In this document: positions 27,934-39,900 of the stretch, one piece after another
How the letters are laid out: the number at the start of each line of letters is the position of its first letter
Position numbering within the stretch: the stretch's first letter is position 1
Origin: a virus
Virus record (IMG/VR): IMGVR_UViG_3300007513_000005
Strand: one strand, 5' to 3'
Length of the DNA: 64,000 nt
Notes under the pieces: model-generated
Told to the model about the DNA's origin: nothing
The model's input: the letters and a program-made list of their open reading frames with translations, nothing else
The model's database searches: none
Made by a program: the position numbers and the translations under genes

Positions 27934-30900
27934 TTACTCCTTACTAAATCCAACGAATCCAGATGACTGCAAATCAAGGGGTTTGTACTTAAAATCAATA
28001 GAAGTACCAATATTAACTAGTTCAATTAACGAAAAGTAATCATATGGCCAGTTAAAACCATACTCAAATATATCATTTTCCACACTAAGTTTCTTTTCAG
28101 GATGTCCGTCTGGAAGTTTGTCTAGTTTCTTTTTCTTAAAGTAATTCGTTTGTGCTTTCTGCTTAACCTTGAATACCATCCACTGGACGTCTTCATCAAA
28201 CCCGCCATCCTCCATGAGGTCGGTTGGTCCGAATAGTTCATGATCAACCACTTGCGAACTAATAATCCTAGAACCCTCTCCATAGTACGAATCCAAACCG
28301 ACGTCGGGTGTCACATTTTGCCAAATATTTGCTACATCCTGACGTGAAAGCGTTACGGAAAACTCAAATATATACATTGCAAATGGTTCAATAAATTTTG
28401 AAGTCGGATCATTATATTTTAAGAAGTTAAAGTGCGGTGGAATATTATAATCCATCATAGATTTAACCATCTTGAAAATGGATCTTCTTGGTGTAATTGC
28501 TCTAGGTGGATCACCCAACCTATCACTCGATGCATCACCTGGTAAAGACCCTCCTGATCTGCGGGCAGCTGCATCGTCTAAAATATTCGCTGCTTCTCTC
28601 TGTTCACGGCGAGCATCTTCCGTGTCAAGTCTATATTCTGGGAATCCCAAATTTCTAACTGACTGGTATACTTCCTCTTTTGGAAGTTTGAAGAACTTCT
28701 TTTCTCCATTAACAGTCTTAAAAGGAACTGCGATAACCGCCTCTTTGATTAATTTTGATGATGGGAGCGAACCGATTTTGTTATATTCACGTTCTATCCC
28801 AAGTCCTATAAGTTTAGATAGGTCTCCCTTTGATCGATCTCTAGGTCCACCAATCCAAACAGACGGGCGAGTCTTGCCTGTTATGCTGCCTGTCTGGTGC
28901 CAGATCCCTTTTATTTTCGGCAAAGTCTGTGTCGTTTTTGAAGTTCTTGGTTGATCAACATCTCCATCGGCGGTGCCAGTGAAGTTAAACGTAGGACACT
29001 CAAATCTAGTTTGAAGTACCAAAGAACTTCTATTTTCAATAATATCCCCTGTTTCAGAATTATATGATTGAACAAAACTATCTTCATTAAATCCAAAACC
29101 ACTGAAACTGGCACTAAGGTGCATGGCATGATCCCTGTTTACAGAAGCTGGTATCATCATAGTCACTGACGAGTCTGTGGTGGATCTTCCAGATCCCTTA
29201 GAAGACATGGACCCCGTTGCTGATACGAATCTCTCAAATTCGACAGTAGTTTCTGAAAGGATTTGTCTTATTGAATTATATTGGGTATTTGAGTCTGGAG
29301 TAAATTTTAACGTCGCTTCTGCAAGACCGTCATAATGAGGCGGCAAATATGGTGCAAACCCATACCCTAGTTTGTCATAATATCTTGGCAAGTTAATACC
29401 ACCAGGCGTCTTGGTTTTGACTCGACCAACGTCGCACGGCGGGCCGAAAGCTGCTGGATTGTTATACATTGGATTATCACGACTTGTCCCGCGGCCGCTG
29501 CCAAGTATAACTCTTGCCTCATAGGTGCTCACACTGGAGTCGATTTCTTGTGGGACATCTGATGACCTTATTGTCACACCCTTACTGTTTTCAATAAACA
29601 AGTTCAAACATTCTGCATAGAAATTACTTGCGGCGCGGGTGTACATCGTTGTTGTCGATGCTATTGCATCAAGATCAAGTTTAGTTACGAGAGAAGACGA
29701 GTGCGCAGCGACACCACGGACGAAATCCGTATTTTGAACTGCACCCGTGACATTAAAACTGCCCGACCATACGGTTGGCCCAGACAAATCACCAGTCAAT
29801 CTTCTCTTAACGGTATTGGCACCCAAGAGACTTGCGCTCGGATGAGGTTCCATTTCATAAAACAACGTCTGATTTCCATCTTCTGTAGAAACTGTGGGCG
29901 GAGTGTATATCGCAGGATCTACAATTGCCTCAAACGGTATTCTTGTAACGGACTTTATCCCCGTGTCTATATTCAAACTCAGCGAAGTGGGTTCACTACC
30001 TATATCCATCGATCCAGTGTAAAAATGTTTATGATATTCTGGAGATCCTATTCTCGGGATCGAGGCGTCATCCGTAAAATTAAACTTAGAACCAACAACA
30101 AAAGTTGGAATAGTGTATGCCCCTGAAACAAAAGTGTTTGCGCTTCCAGATAGTCCAGCTGGGTGGTTGTCTCTCAAAGTAGACTCTACCATATAACCGT
30201 CTCGTGACCTGGTGGTTGTTCCAAGAACCTTCCAGTTGACACCTGCGTTGTCGCGGGCATTAGTCCACCAAGTTTTAAATGCTGGGGCGTCGTAAGTAGT
30301 TGATCCATTGCCCTCAATTTCGCCACCATTAAGAACATAATAGTATAGAGTATATTGTGCTGGATTTGTTATGTCAGTAATACCGTTCCACCTTCTTCTG
30401 GATCTGCTTGACCAACTCGGTGACTGATCCAGGGATCCAGACCAAGTCGAAAATCCATAAAAGGTGCCAGAAAGATGATTCGCCAATGTAGGGGCAGCAG
30501 TAGTGTCGGGGATCTTAGATTCGAAAGATCCTGATGAGGCAAGTATAGTTTTACCACTATACAATGGAGATGCATGATTAAACACTGGTAAATTGTTTGT
30601 CATGCTAGCATCCGTCAAATAATCTGATGATGCATAAAGGCTTGACTTTGCCTTCATATACCCAGTGTCATTTCCAGGTCGGTACCATGCCACTAGGTTA
30701 TCGTGTAAGGATCGAGGCAAGACAGTATATGGGTTTCTTGGACCTATTTGAGATCCGTGGTTTTTAGACTGAAACTTTGCGGATGAGGCGGTGTCGCCCT
30801 GCGATAGCGCACTGATCTGTGTTGCGCCAGCTGGTGGGTTGTCGGGATTAGATCCCCCAAGTGCATAAACAGAATATTTGTCTAATTGCTTATTGAAAAC

Positions 30901-33900
30901 TAAAACTTCAGTCATGATGTTTTCAGAGGGTTTGGTTGTTGCTAGTCCGCGCTTCAAGGTTGAATCAACTGTATTTCCGAGAAATCCGAGGTCTACATTA
31001 CTATCGGCATTTAGGGATTTTACTGCTCCTAGATGCGACCCTAGATAACAATTTCTTTCACCGTCCAAAACTACAGAAGCGGCGCTCGAACCATCAAGAG
31101 TAAACCCTGCTGACGAGGTTATTTCAGCGGCTGTGCTATATGGGCGACCATTAACAAAACACTTAAAGTTGTCGACGTCGATCGTGTTTAAATCGAACTC
31201 CACATAATAATGGTTCCACCCAGGGTTGAATCTTGCTCCATCTGGTGGCGTGCACTTCATAACGAAAAAATCCTTTCCATTTCCGCCAGCAGCAACAAAG
31301 TGGGTCTTAAACTTTTTATTTGCTCCAGTCTGGGCCTGGGCTTTGTTTTCAAATCCCGAATAAGTGAGAGAATCATTATCAATAGCATACCCAAGGTGAA
31401 AACCCTTCTTGAATGCAGCCTGATCTTCTACTTCTCCACTACCAAGCGAAATCACGGTACCACACTGCTGGAGGGGGTAGAGCGAATCCATAGAGAAACT
31501 ACGCCAATCCTGTTCTCGTCCTCGGGCATTAGTCATCGGCAAATACATCCAAAACGATACACCAATCTTGTCATTGTGATTGCCGCTGGCGATGGACCCT
31601 GTCAGAGACTTAGCCCATTCGCTGCCTCCACCAATCTCAATTCTGTTTCTTGATAGATTGGGGTTTGCCTTCGGAAAATTATCAAAATCAGAACTTGAAC
31701 CCGTCATCATATATGAAGTAACGCTGGCGGATTGGAACATGACACCATACTGGTTATATATCTTGTCTTCGTGGGGTTCGAAAATAGGATAATCAACCGA
31801 GATGCCCGACTTGATTGTATTAAATGCAATACCTGGAGCGTAATAAGGCGCTAACACGTTTCTCCATAATCCATCAGCATGCTGACTGTAAGAGGAACTA
31901 AATTCTGATGCTAATTGAGTCATTCTATCCGCAGGGTACAATCCCTTGTAAGGTAAAAATTTCTTTAATGCCTTACACTTCAGCATTAACCGCTGTGGAG
32001 TAGCGCTCTTTATTTCCAGCATCTGCTCTTCAACGACTTCAAAATCTTTTACAAAATCAGTATGACTATAAATTTTATAAAAATTATCCATCGAACTATT
32101 GGATGGAGAGGCTGCTCCAGTGATGGTTAGGAAAGAGTCGTTACACGTAAAGTATGGATCGGCGCCACCTACGGTATTAATGTAGTGATCCATGTGCTCA
32201 CTAATTCTGAATTCTGGCACCAAAGAAAAGTCCTTTGCTATCAACCGAGTCTGGTGGGCAAAATCATTATAGTTATCAAAATTAAACGGATTTCGACCAG
32301 AGTGTTCTGGGGTCTTAAAGAATTGAGATCCGAACAGGTGATGATCTACCCTTTCGTCTTTCTTGTAGATATTTTGTATATGGTATCCGCCTGATTGATG
32401 TAGGAAATATGCGAACGTTCCACTTGCCTCTTCAAATCCATATGTAGGCGTGTTCGTATTGTTTGAGTTGCCAAACGATCCAGTGTAAAACCTGCCACGA
32501 AGATCTGCATAATTCGAAATCTTTGTTGTCGATATGACCGAATGGCCGGTTTCATCGAAAGGAGTAAACAATTCTTTCTTTGAATTTGTTGGCGTATATG
32601 TTCTTACTGAAGACGTTATAAACGATGCAGTCATGTCTGAGATGGCCATCTCCAGAGTATTATTTACAACATTTAGATCTGCAAACGTATCACGTTCGAT
32701 GGTCTTCATCTCAAACACATTCGGCGCCTTCATTGCCCATTGCCCAGAAATGTCGTTGGCAGCACTTGAACCCGTAACAACAGAAACAAATCGTATCTTC
32801 TGGTTAGTCAAAGACGCTGTAACTAGTACATCAACAAACTGATACGCTGTGTCGCTGGCGTATGTGTCAATATCTCCAGAGGACGACCCTATTGTTGCAA
32901 CAGTTCGGTACCCCCTATCACCACGAGACTGATCTTCGTCGCCGATTTGTACATAAAATGGCGTTGTTGATTTGTGGACAATACCGCCGCCAGCAGCTGT
33001 TGTGCTGGCGCCAGTCCTAAGTAGGAACGTAATCTTGCCAGGAAAGTCATATGAAGAAGTAGTTCGAACCCATCTATACAGCGTATGTTCAGAACTCTTA
33101 GGAGGATCATACATTGCCGAAACCGCAACAGACCGCCCAACAAAAGCCATTGGCGAAAGTCCCGATGGGGTTCCAAAATCATCTGACATCACTCTTGGCC
33201 CAACCTGTGCTTCGGTGACACTGTTAGTTGGACCACTAGCTGTTCCATAACTAGACCCATTATAAGTGTGTGTTTTCCATCCTGGTGGTAGTCCTGGACT
33301 TGTGTTGAATCCGCTGCCTCCTATTGAATTATAATTGGTCGTGTTTGCTGCTTGGAAAAAAAGATCATTTTCGGGAAATACGTTCGTAGTATTGAGACCT
33401 TGATCATAAATCTTTCCTGCCGAATATGATGCAGACAAAATAAATCTTTGAACTGTGAAAGAGTTAGGCAAACTAGATGTAGCTTGCATTGGGAACGGTC
33501 TCGCGAAGACGGCACTTGCACTAGGAAAGTGTAAGTTATTGTGGAAAACAGAATAGTTCGCAAATAGCTCACCTGCGCCGTCAGCGCCCAAGTGATCAGA
33601 TGTTGTCTTCAGCGCTGTTGTTCTAAAATTATCAGGTTCATCTAATGGCCAAATCGACATTCTCGGAATCGTATTTCCTTGTGAATTTGTTACGTTCGTT
33701 AACGTACGTTCGGATCGCACTGTTTTCCAAAAATCATCAGTTTTAAACTCGGTTCTTTGTCTAGTTCTCTCAAGATATGCATTTTCCTCTTTCGGAAAAA
33801 TGTCCATATCAAACCTTGCCCAGTCTGTAACTGGTTTACTTAAATCAAACCCTCTCAACATATTATTGTCTAGGAGATTTATCTTTTGATCGTCTGGAGT

Positions 33901-36900
33901 CTGCACTCTCAATAAGTTAGTTAAATTATCAGTTGCGAATTTACCAACAATATTACTAAATACAAACTTGTTCACTGCAAGCTTTGGGATGCCCTTGGAA
34001 TCTAACACCATTCCAAAAAGTTTAATCGGATACCTGTTTGATGTAACAGGAGGGTCTGTAAATCTAAAACTAGAATTAGAAACATCCCTATCTGTATTAT
34101 AGATCCTACGATGATTCGTACTATCTGGCCATGAATAGTTACCTAGAGTGTTCGTTCTTACGACGCGTCGGCCTTCGTTACTCGGACTACCGATCTCCAT
34201 TGGAGGTGCATATATATTCTTTTTACGCAAATACCTACCCATTTGAGTTTGTCCTACCCTCAATTGTTTCCAAGATGGATAACCATACGGGCCTTGCTTG
34301 CTTAAAATCATTGTATGAAAGTGCGCTGGTGCAATTGCTTTAATTTCGATATTCCTAATAGACCACAAACCGTCCATCGATATGTCAGAATTTCTTACAA
34401 TCCACCTTAATTCCAGTGGTCTTTCTGGTCCTTGTCCCAACCCTGAAAGTCTTACACTTTGTTGGACATACTCTGTGCGATCATGACGGTTGTTGGAGAC
34501 GGATGCAACCAAGTCAGAATTGTTGGATGCCAGTTCCAATACTGTCACATAAGAACCGCCAGACTTCTTGTATTGCAAATACATATTGTTATTGCTTCTG
34601 CTTGTTTGATTGATTACGTCAAAATTAATATCAATCGAACCTGGAGTTGTTATAGGGTTGAACAACGCAACCCACGACCAATAGTCTGACGATACTGGCG
34701 GGTTTGTGATATCGGTGTGGGGCAATCCCGTCCCGCGAAATGCTAAAGCTTGATATACGCCGTTGGTACTTGTCCATCCATACTGAAATGGCGTTGGGCC
34801 TGTGGAGACAGCTGTGGCACCTATAAAAGAATCCACAAAAGATTTTGAATACCCCGATCTATCAACAGCTTCGGCGGCGTACGTATTTGCTGTTGCTGTG
34901 GAGACCGCCGTTGTAAACCCTAACCCGATATTGAAAAGTGATGCAGTGAGCTGATGTCCTGGTCCGAGGGCGCCTAAATACCCACTGTCTCCAGTAATCG
35001 CTTTATCTGCGGCAAAATTATTCTTATATACAGTGATGGTCGACAAACTCGAAGTTAAGGTCGATGTGTTTGACCCGACGTCAAGATCTTGATTTGTAAG
35101 TGTGTGCGGATACTGATGGAAATTGATTCCAGCATAGTTTACAATTGGGTTCCCAAATGCGGCAGCGCCTGGAAAAGGCGTACTTGCTGATAAAAACTCA
35201 TAAGTTCTCTCATACCTCAATGACCCTGTAGTGTTGCCACCCAGAGCAGCCTGTGTAAATGAATGTAAGTGCCCTGCAAACTCTATCTTCGGTCTACCTG
35301 CGGTGTTTAAAGACGCCGTAATCCAAGCATACTGATAGTCGTTTTGTGGAATCGGATGCTGAACGAACAAGTTATCCTTATTGATATCCGTCTCTCCACT
35401 GTACTTCTGTCCTGACATTGACCTTCTGTGTCTTGGGTTCGCATTAACCTTGTGGTTTGTTACAAGACTGTTGGAGTCTTTATTGCTAGCAGACTGAGGC
35501 AGTTTGCTCAAGAAATTCATCGGACCTCTAACAGAAAGATTTCGATAGTTTAAGGAATTGTAAACAGAATATTGGTTAGTTTCTCTATCCAACCCATGTC
35601 CGCCTCTACTATTTCCTGCCACCTCTGTGCCACCTGGCGATGCAAAGCGTGCTTTAAATACTGTTTTCCTGACTGGTCTGGCAAATCGAGCGAATTCTTT
35701 TACGCCTGGAATGCCTGTTGAATTTGACGATGTCATTTGTTCAAGATTGTCTACGAGAAAATCTTTTCTTTGATCTTCCGAAGTATATTGCACAATATCA
35801 TACATATGGTTATAATTTCCCAAGGAAATACTAGATGTTGTGCTTTGTATATTGTCAATATTGACAGGGCGTTTTGCGAGTGGTCCTCTTAAAACTTGCG
35901 CATGTTGAATGCTATGATCTATAATAGGCAGATTTGAGTCATCCAATCCCGTTGCATTTGGAGGCAGAACATATAATCCATCAACTCCGCCAGTAAAATC
36001 CGTCTTTGTCAGACCTGGATCGCCAGAATCCGTAATCGTAATAGTTGTGTTACCGCTCGCACCTTCCACGTTTTGTGTCACCTGGACGACTGTAGAGGCA
36101 ATTCTTGCAGCGGTCAGTCTGCTATTGCCATTTAAACATGCCGCGATGGCCAGTGCGGTTGCAGCTGCGGTTCCTACTGCAAACGTCGGATTATTGATGT
36201 CCGTAGTTGTAGTTGTGGATCCATGTGCGGTTGCCGTTATTACAGTTCCGTCTGTAGCGATAACTTGAATAGTGTCAGATGTGTTAATCTCTGTATGATC
36301 ACTGACTGTAATTGTTGCTGTCGCTGATTCAAAACCCGTTGCAATCTTGAACGCCTCGGATCTACTACGCCCATCCTTCTTGTTTTCAATATTACCCAAT
36401 AAGGACCCAGATAAATCTTGATGCCTATGAGCGTTGCCGCCTACCCAGCGTTCTGTAAATGGAGACTGGAGTGTCACCTCTCTGTCGTCACCATACTCGT
36501 CAGAGTGTAAATTTGTTATATCAACACCCTTCTTAAAATTAAGATACAGTGACGCTTTGTAATCAGTTGGTGCATCGATGGAACTACTGTATATCGTAAA
36601 TGGAGCGATATCATTTATGTCCCTATCTTTATGCGTAAAAGCAATATCAGCTGGTGCATGGATCTTATGCTTCTTGTGGGGGTTAATTACGTCCTTACAC
36701 GCCGTTGAAGCAGCTTCTGATGCTGTGACCGCAATATGTGTTTTCTCGTGCGCAGAAGTGACGCCAGTGTAAAATCTTTTCTTTTTATTGCCAAAGGTGT
36801 TATCTCCACCCTTCGCATGGCGTTGGTCCTCTACTGTTAAACGATATGGTCTGGATAGTCTTCTTGTTGCATAAGTTGATCCCGAAACAGAAGTAATTGA

Positions 36901-39900
36901 TGCCCTTCTGATAATTTCTCTATCCGAGTCCGTCTCCAAAGTACCTGAAACAAAAAGGTCTGTATTTCGTTGTGCTCTCTCGCTTGTCCATAGACAATTC
37001 TTGTTGTTCGGACTTCCCAACGGAGCATGTCCACGATTCCAGTCGTATAACAATTCATTAATCGCTCTTATCTGTCCGAGTGGTTCAACCTTTTTAAGTT
37101 CTAGGGTTGGATACTTAGACTGGAATTTGTTCCTTTCTAGAATATGACTCTCTATGACATTTCTTATATCTTCAGATGCAGCAACAGATGCAGGCACAAA
37201 CTGATCGATCATAACGGAAAGCGAGGAATCCAACCACTTGTAGTATTCCATAAACCTCTCAATGTCTGGTGAGTTACCCACTCTGTCAAAGAACATTTGA
37301 CGCAACTTAGATAGACCCTTATAGTCCTGCCTGAACCTTTCTACTGGGGCGCCGATGGCGTTATTGAAATCGTTAATACCTGCAAAGAAGTTTAACATCT
37401 CATCCGAAACAACTGCATACATACTCTTCTCGAAAGAGAAATAATAATCTGTTGGTTTCGTCTCTCTTGTGAAAACTACATCATCGTTAAGGGAGATATT
37501 GACCATATCGCCAGAGCGTACGTTCTCAAGTGGTTGTAACTTGGCTGCCTGGTCAAATTCAACGTCAATACTGCCTGTACCTATCGTTCCGAAAGATATA
37601 CCCTTTGCAGGATGCATATACTTAATTGTATCTTCGATTGAACCACCGACAAGGTTTGAGTCTACGGAACCAGAAGATACGTCTGTCACCCACATCTCAC
37701 CATTGGTATTGGATCCTGTCAAACTTTCAAAGTTCCAATTGATGGTGAGCAATTCCGATCTAGGAGTGTGACACCCACCTGCGTTTCCTAGAGGCAAGAT
37801 ATCCCTAGTTGGGTTGGTTACACCGAAAGATTTTGGATCAATCGTATGCTGATGTAATTCATCATCACTTAAGAATGTCAACCAGTGTCTGAAATTTGTT
37901 GCTTTTATATCCGACCGTTGCAATATGCCGCCGTCGAAGTCTGTCCTATGCGTACCCACATAAAACCTTCTGGATGCCTGCGTAAAGGCGGCGCCCACTG
38001 CCTGAGACATAGAACTACTAATTATGTGCTGCTGGTCTATCTGATTACCGATTGCATTAATGCAAGCAAGTTCAATGAAATAAGATGTAGCAGATCCACT
38101 AACGTTCATCGCATCTGGGTTTAATCTATTTTCAAGCCTGGTGCGAACTGCAACATGCCATCTTCTGGATGTGTACAGATCAGGAATAAACTCCGTTTCG
38201 ATCGGATCGAATAGACCATTTCTACACGTCAAGACGAACTTGGCAGTTGTTGAATTCTGAGTGTCTTTGACTGCATATACTTGAAAGTTAGCATCATCGT
38301 CTCCGACAGCTGTCCAAGCATGTGAAGTGCCGTTCTGACCTGCAGTATTGGTGCGGACTGCGTGACAACCAAACAAACTAGAACTCAACGGCGTACTGCG
38401 ATAAAAATCATGTTCTATAGGGTATCTATTGGGGAAAAATATCTGTGCCTGAGTTGTCGATCCAGCTGGTAAAGCAGAAGATCCCGTCACATACCCTCTT
38501 GCATCCTTTTGTCTGTAAGTGCCTGGTAGACTAGCCGTTTGAAAAACGGTTGCGTCTGTACTCGATTCGGAATCAAAGTTTACATACTTGTTCTTCACTG
38601 TTGAATGAATGTAACTGTTTTCGAGCGGATATACAGAATCTGTCGAATAAAGATTCATCTTTATCAATTCACTATCTACACCAAAGCATCTGAACAGGTT
38701 TCTAAATGATCTTTCCGTTCCCTTCGATTTGTAAATACTGTTAATGTTATTGTATATGTTGTTGTATATAAAGTTTTTAACGTTGTGTAATTTTTCCCTA
38801 AATTTGTCTTCTTCATTCCGATCATTGAAAATGTTGATCGTATCCTTGTCCAAGAAAAGTTCTGGAGTGACAAGACCCAAAGACTCCAACTTTACATTGT
38901 TGAACGGGTGCGGTTTATATTTAAGGTCTGGGTATTTATTTTCCTTGACGTCCTTCATTTCCTTTATTTGAATGAATAGACTGTCAAAATAGCTCGCCAT
39001 GATCTGTGTTATTTTTCTTAATTCGTGTCCGTTCTCCTGACCATCTTCATCAACGATCCAATCTGGGATTGAATAATAAAGACTTGAATTGTTGGTTAGG
39101 TCAAAAGCATACCCCTCTTCCAATGAACTTGTCGTAAATGCCACCACGTCTGGATGCGTGGAGTACAGAATAGGGTCTCTGAATTCCTTAAAAGAGGCAG
39201 AGGACTCCGTAATTGCCGATCCAGTGTGACGACCTACCGAAGCATATCCAACCCAATCACCATTAGATACTCTACCAGAGTAGTCTAAAACTATATTGTC
39301 GATTCCAGAATCGCCTACCAGACCTTCATTGAATTTATAATAAACCCCCAATGATGAATTTTCCACATTCTTATTGGTGCCTGCGCCGATCTGATGATTG
39401 TAGAATCTGCCAACCTCTTTAGAGTTCCTTGCTGTTTTCCAAAATCGAAATTCATCCAAAGATCCAGACAACTTACCATACCCGCGTCCAGGGTATTGTG
39501 GCCTGTCACTAGCAGCGTTGCCTGCGCCCAATTCTCTGGCGTCTTTGTAAGCGACCAGGGATCCAATTGTTCCTACCATTGCAGTGTTAAGGGTGCCAAC
39601 GGAACTGCCTGTCATTATAGTTTGATGCAATTCACCGTCGACATAGGATCTAAGTCGCACCGAACTAGAAACATTTTGCATCGTAAATGAATAATGGTGC
39701 CATGCGTCATCTGAACCGCTCGTGTAAAGGGCAGGTTTACCAACTCTGACATCTTTAAATCCCGTGGTTCCAGACTGATATGTTACAAGAAATGGTGATT
39801 TAGCAGAATCACTACTGTCCAATTCTATAGTGAATCGACCATATTTGTGCTCACCCTCAACCGAACCAGTAGTAGTAAAGTCAAACACTACCTCTCTTTT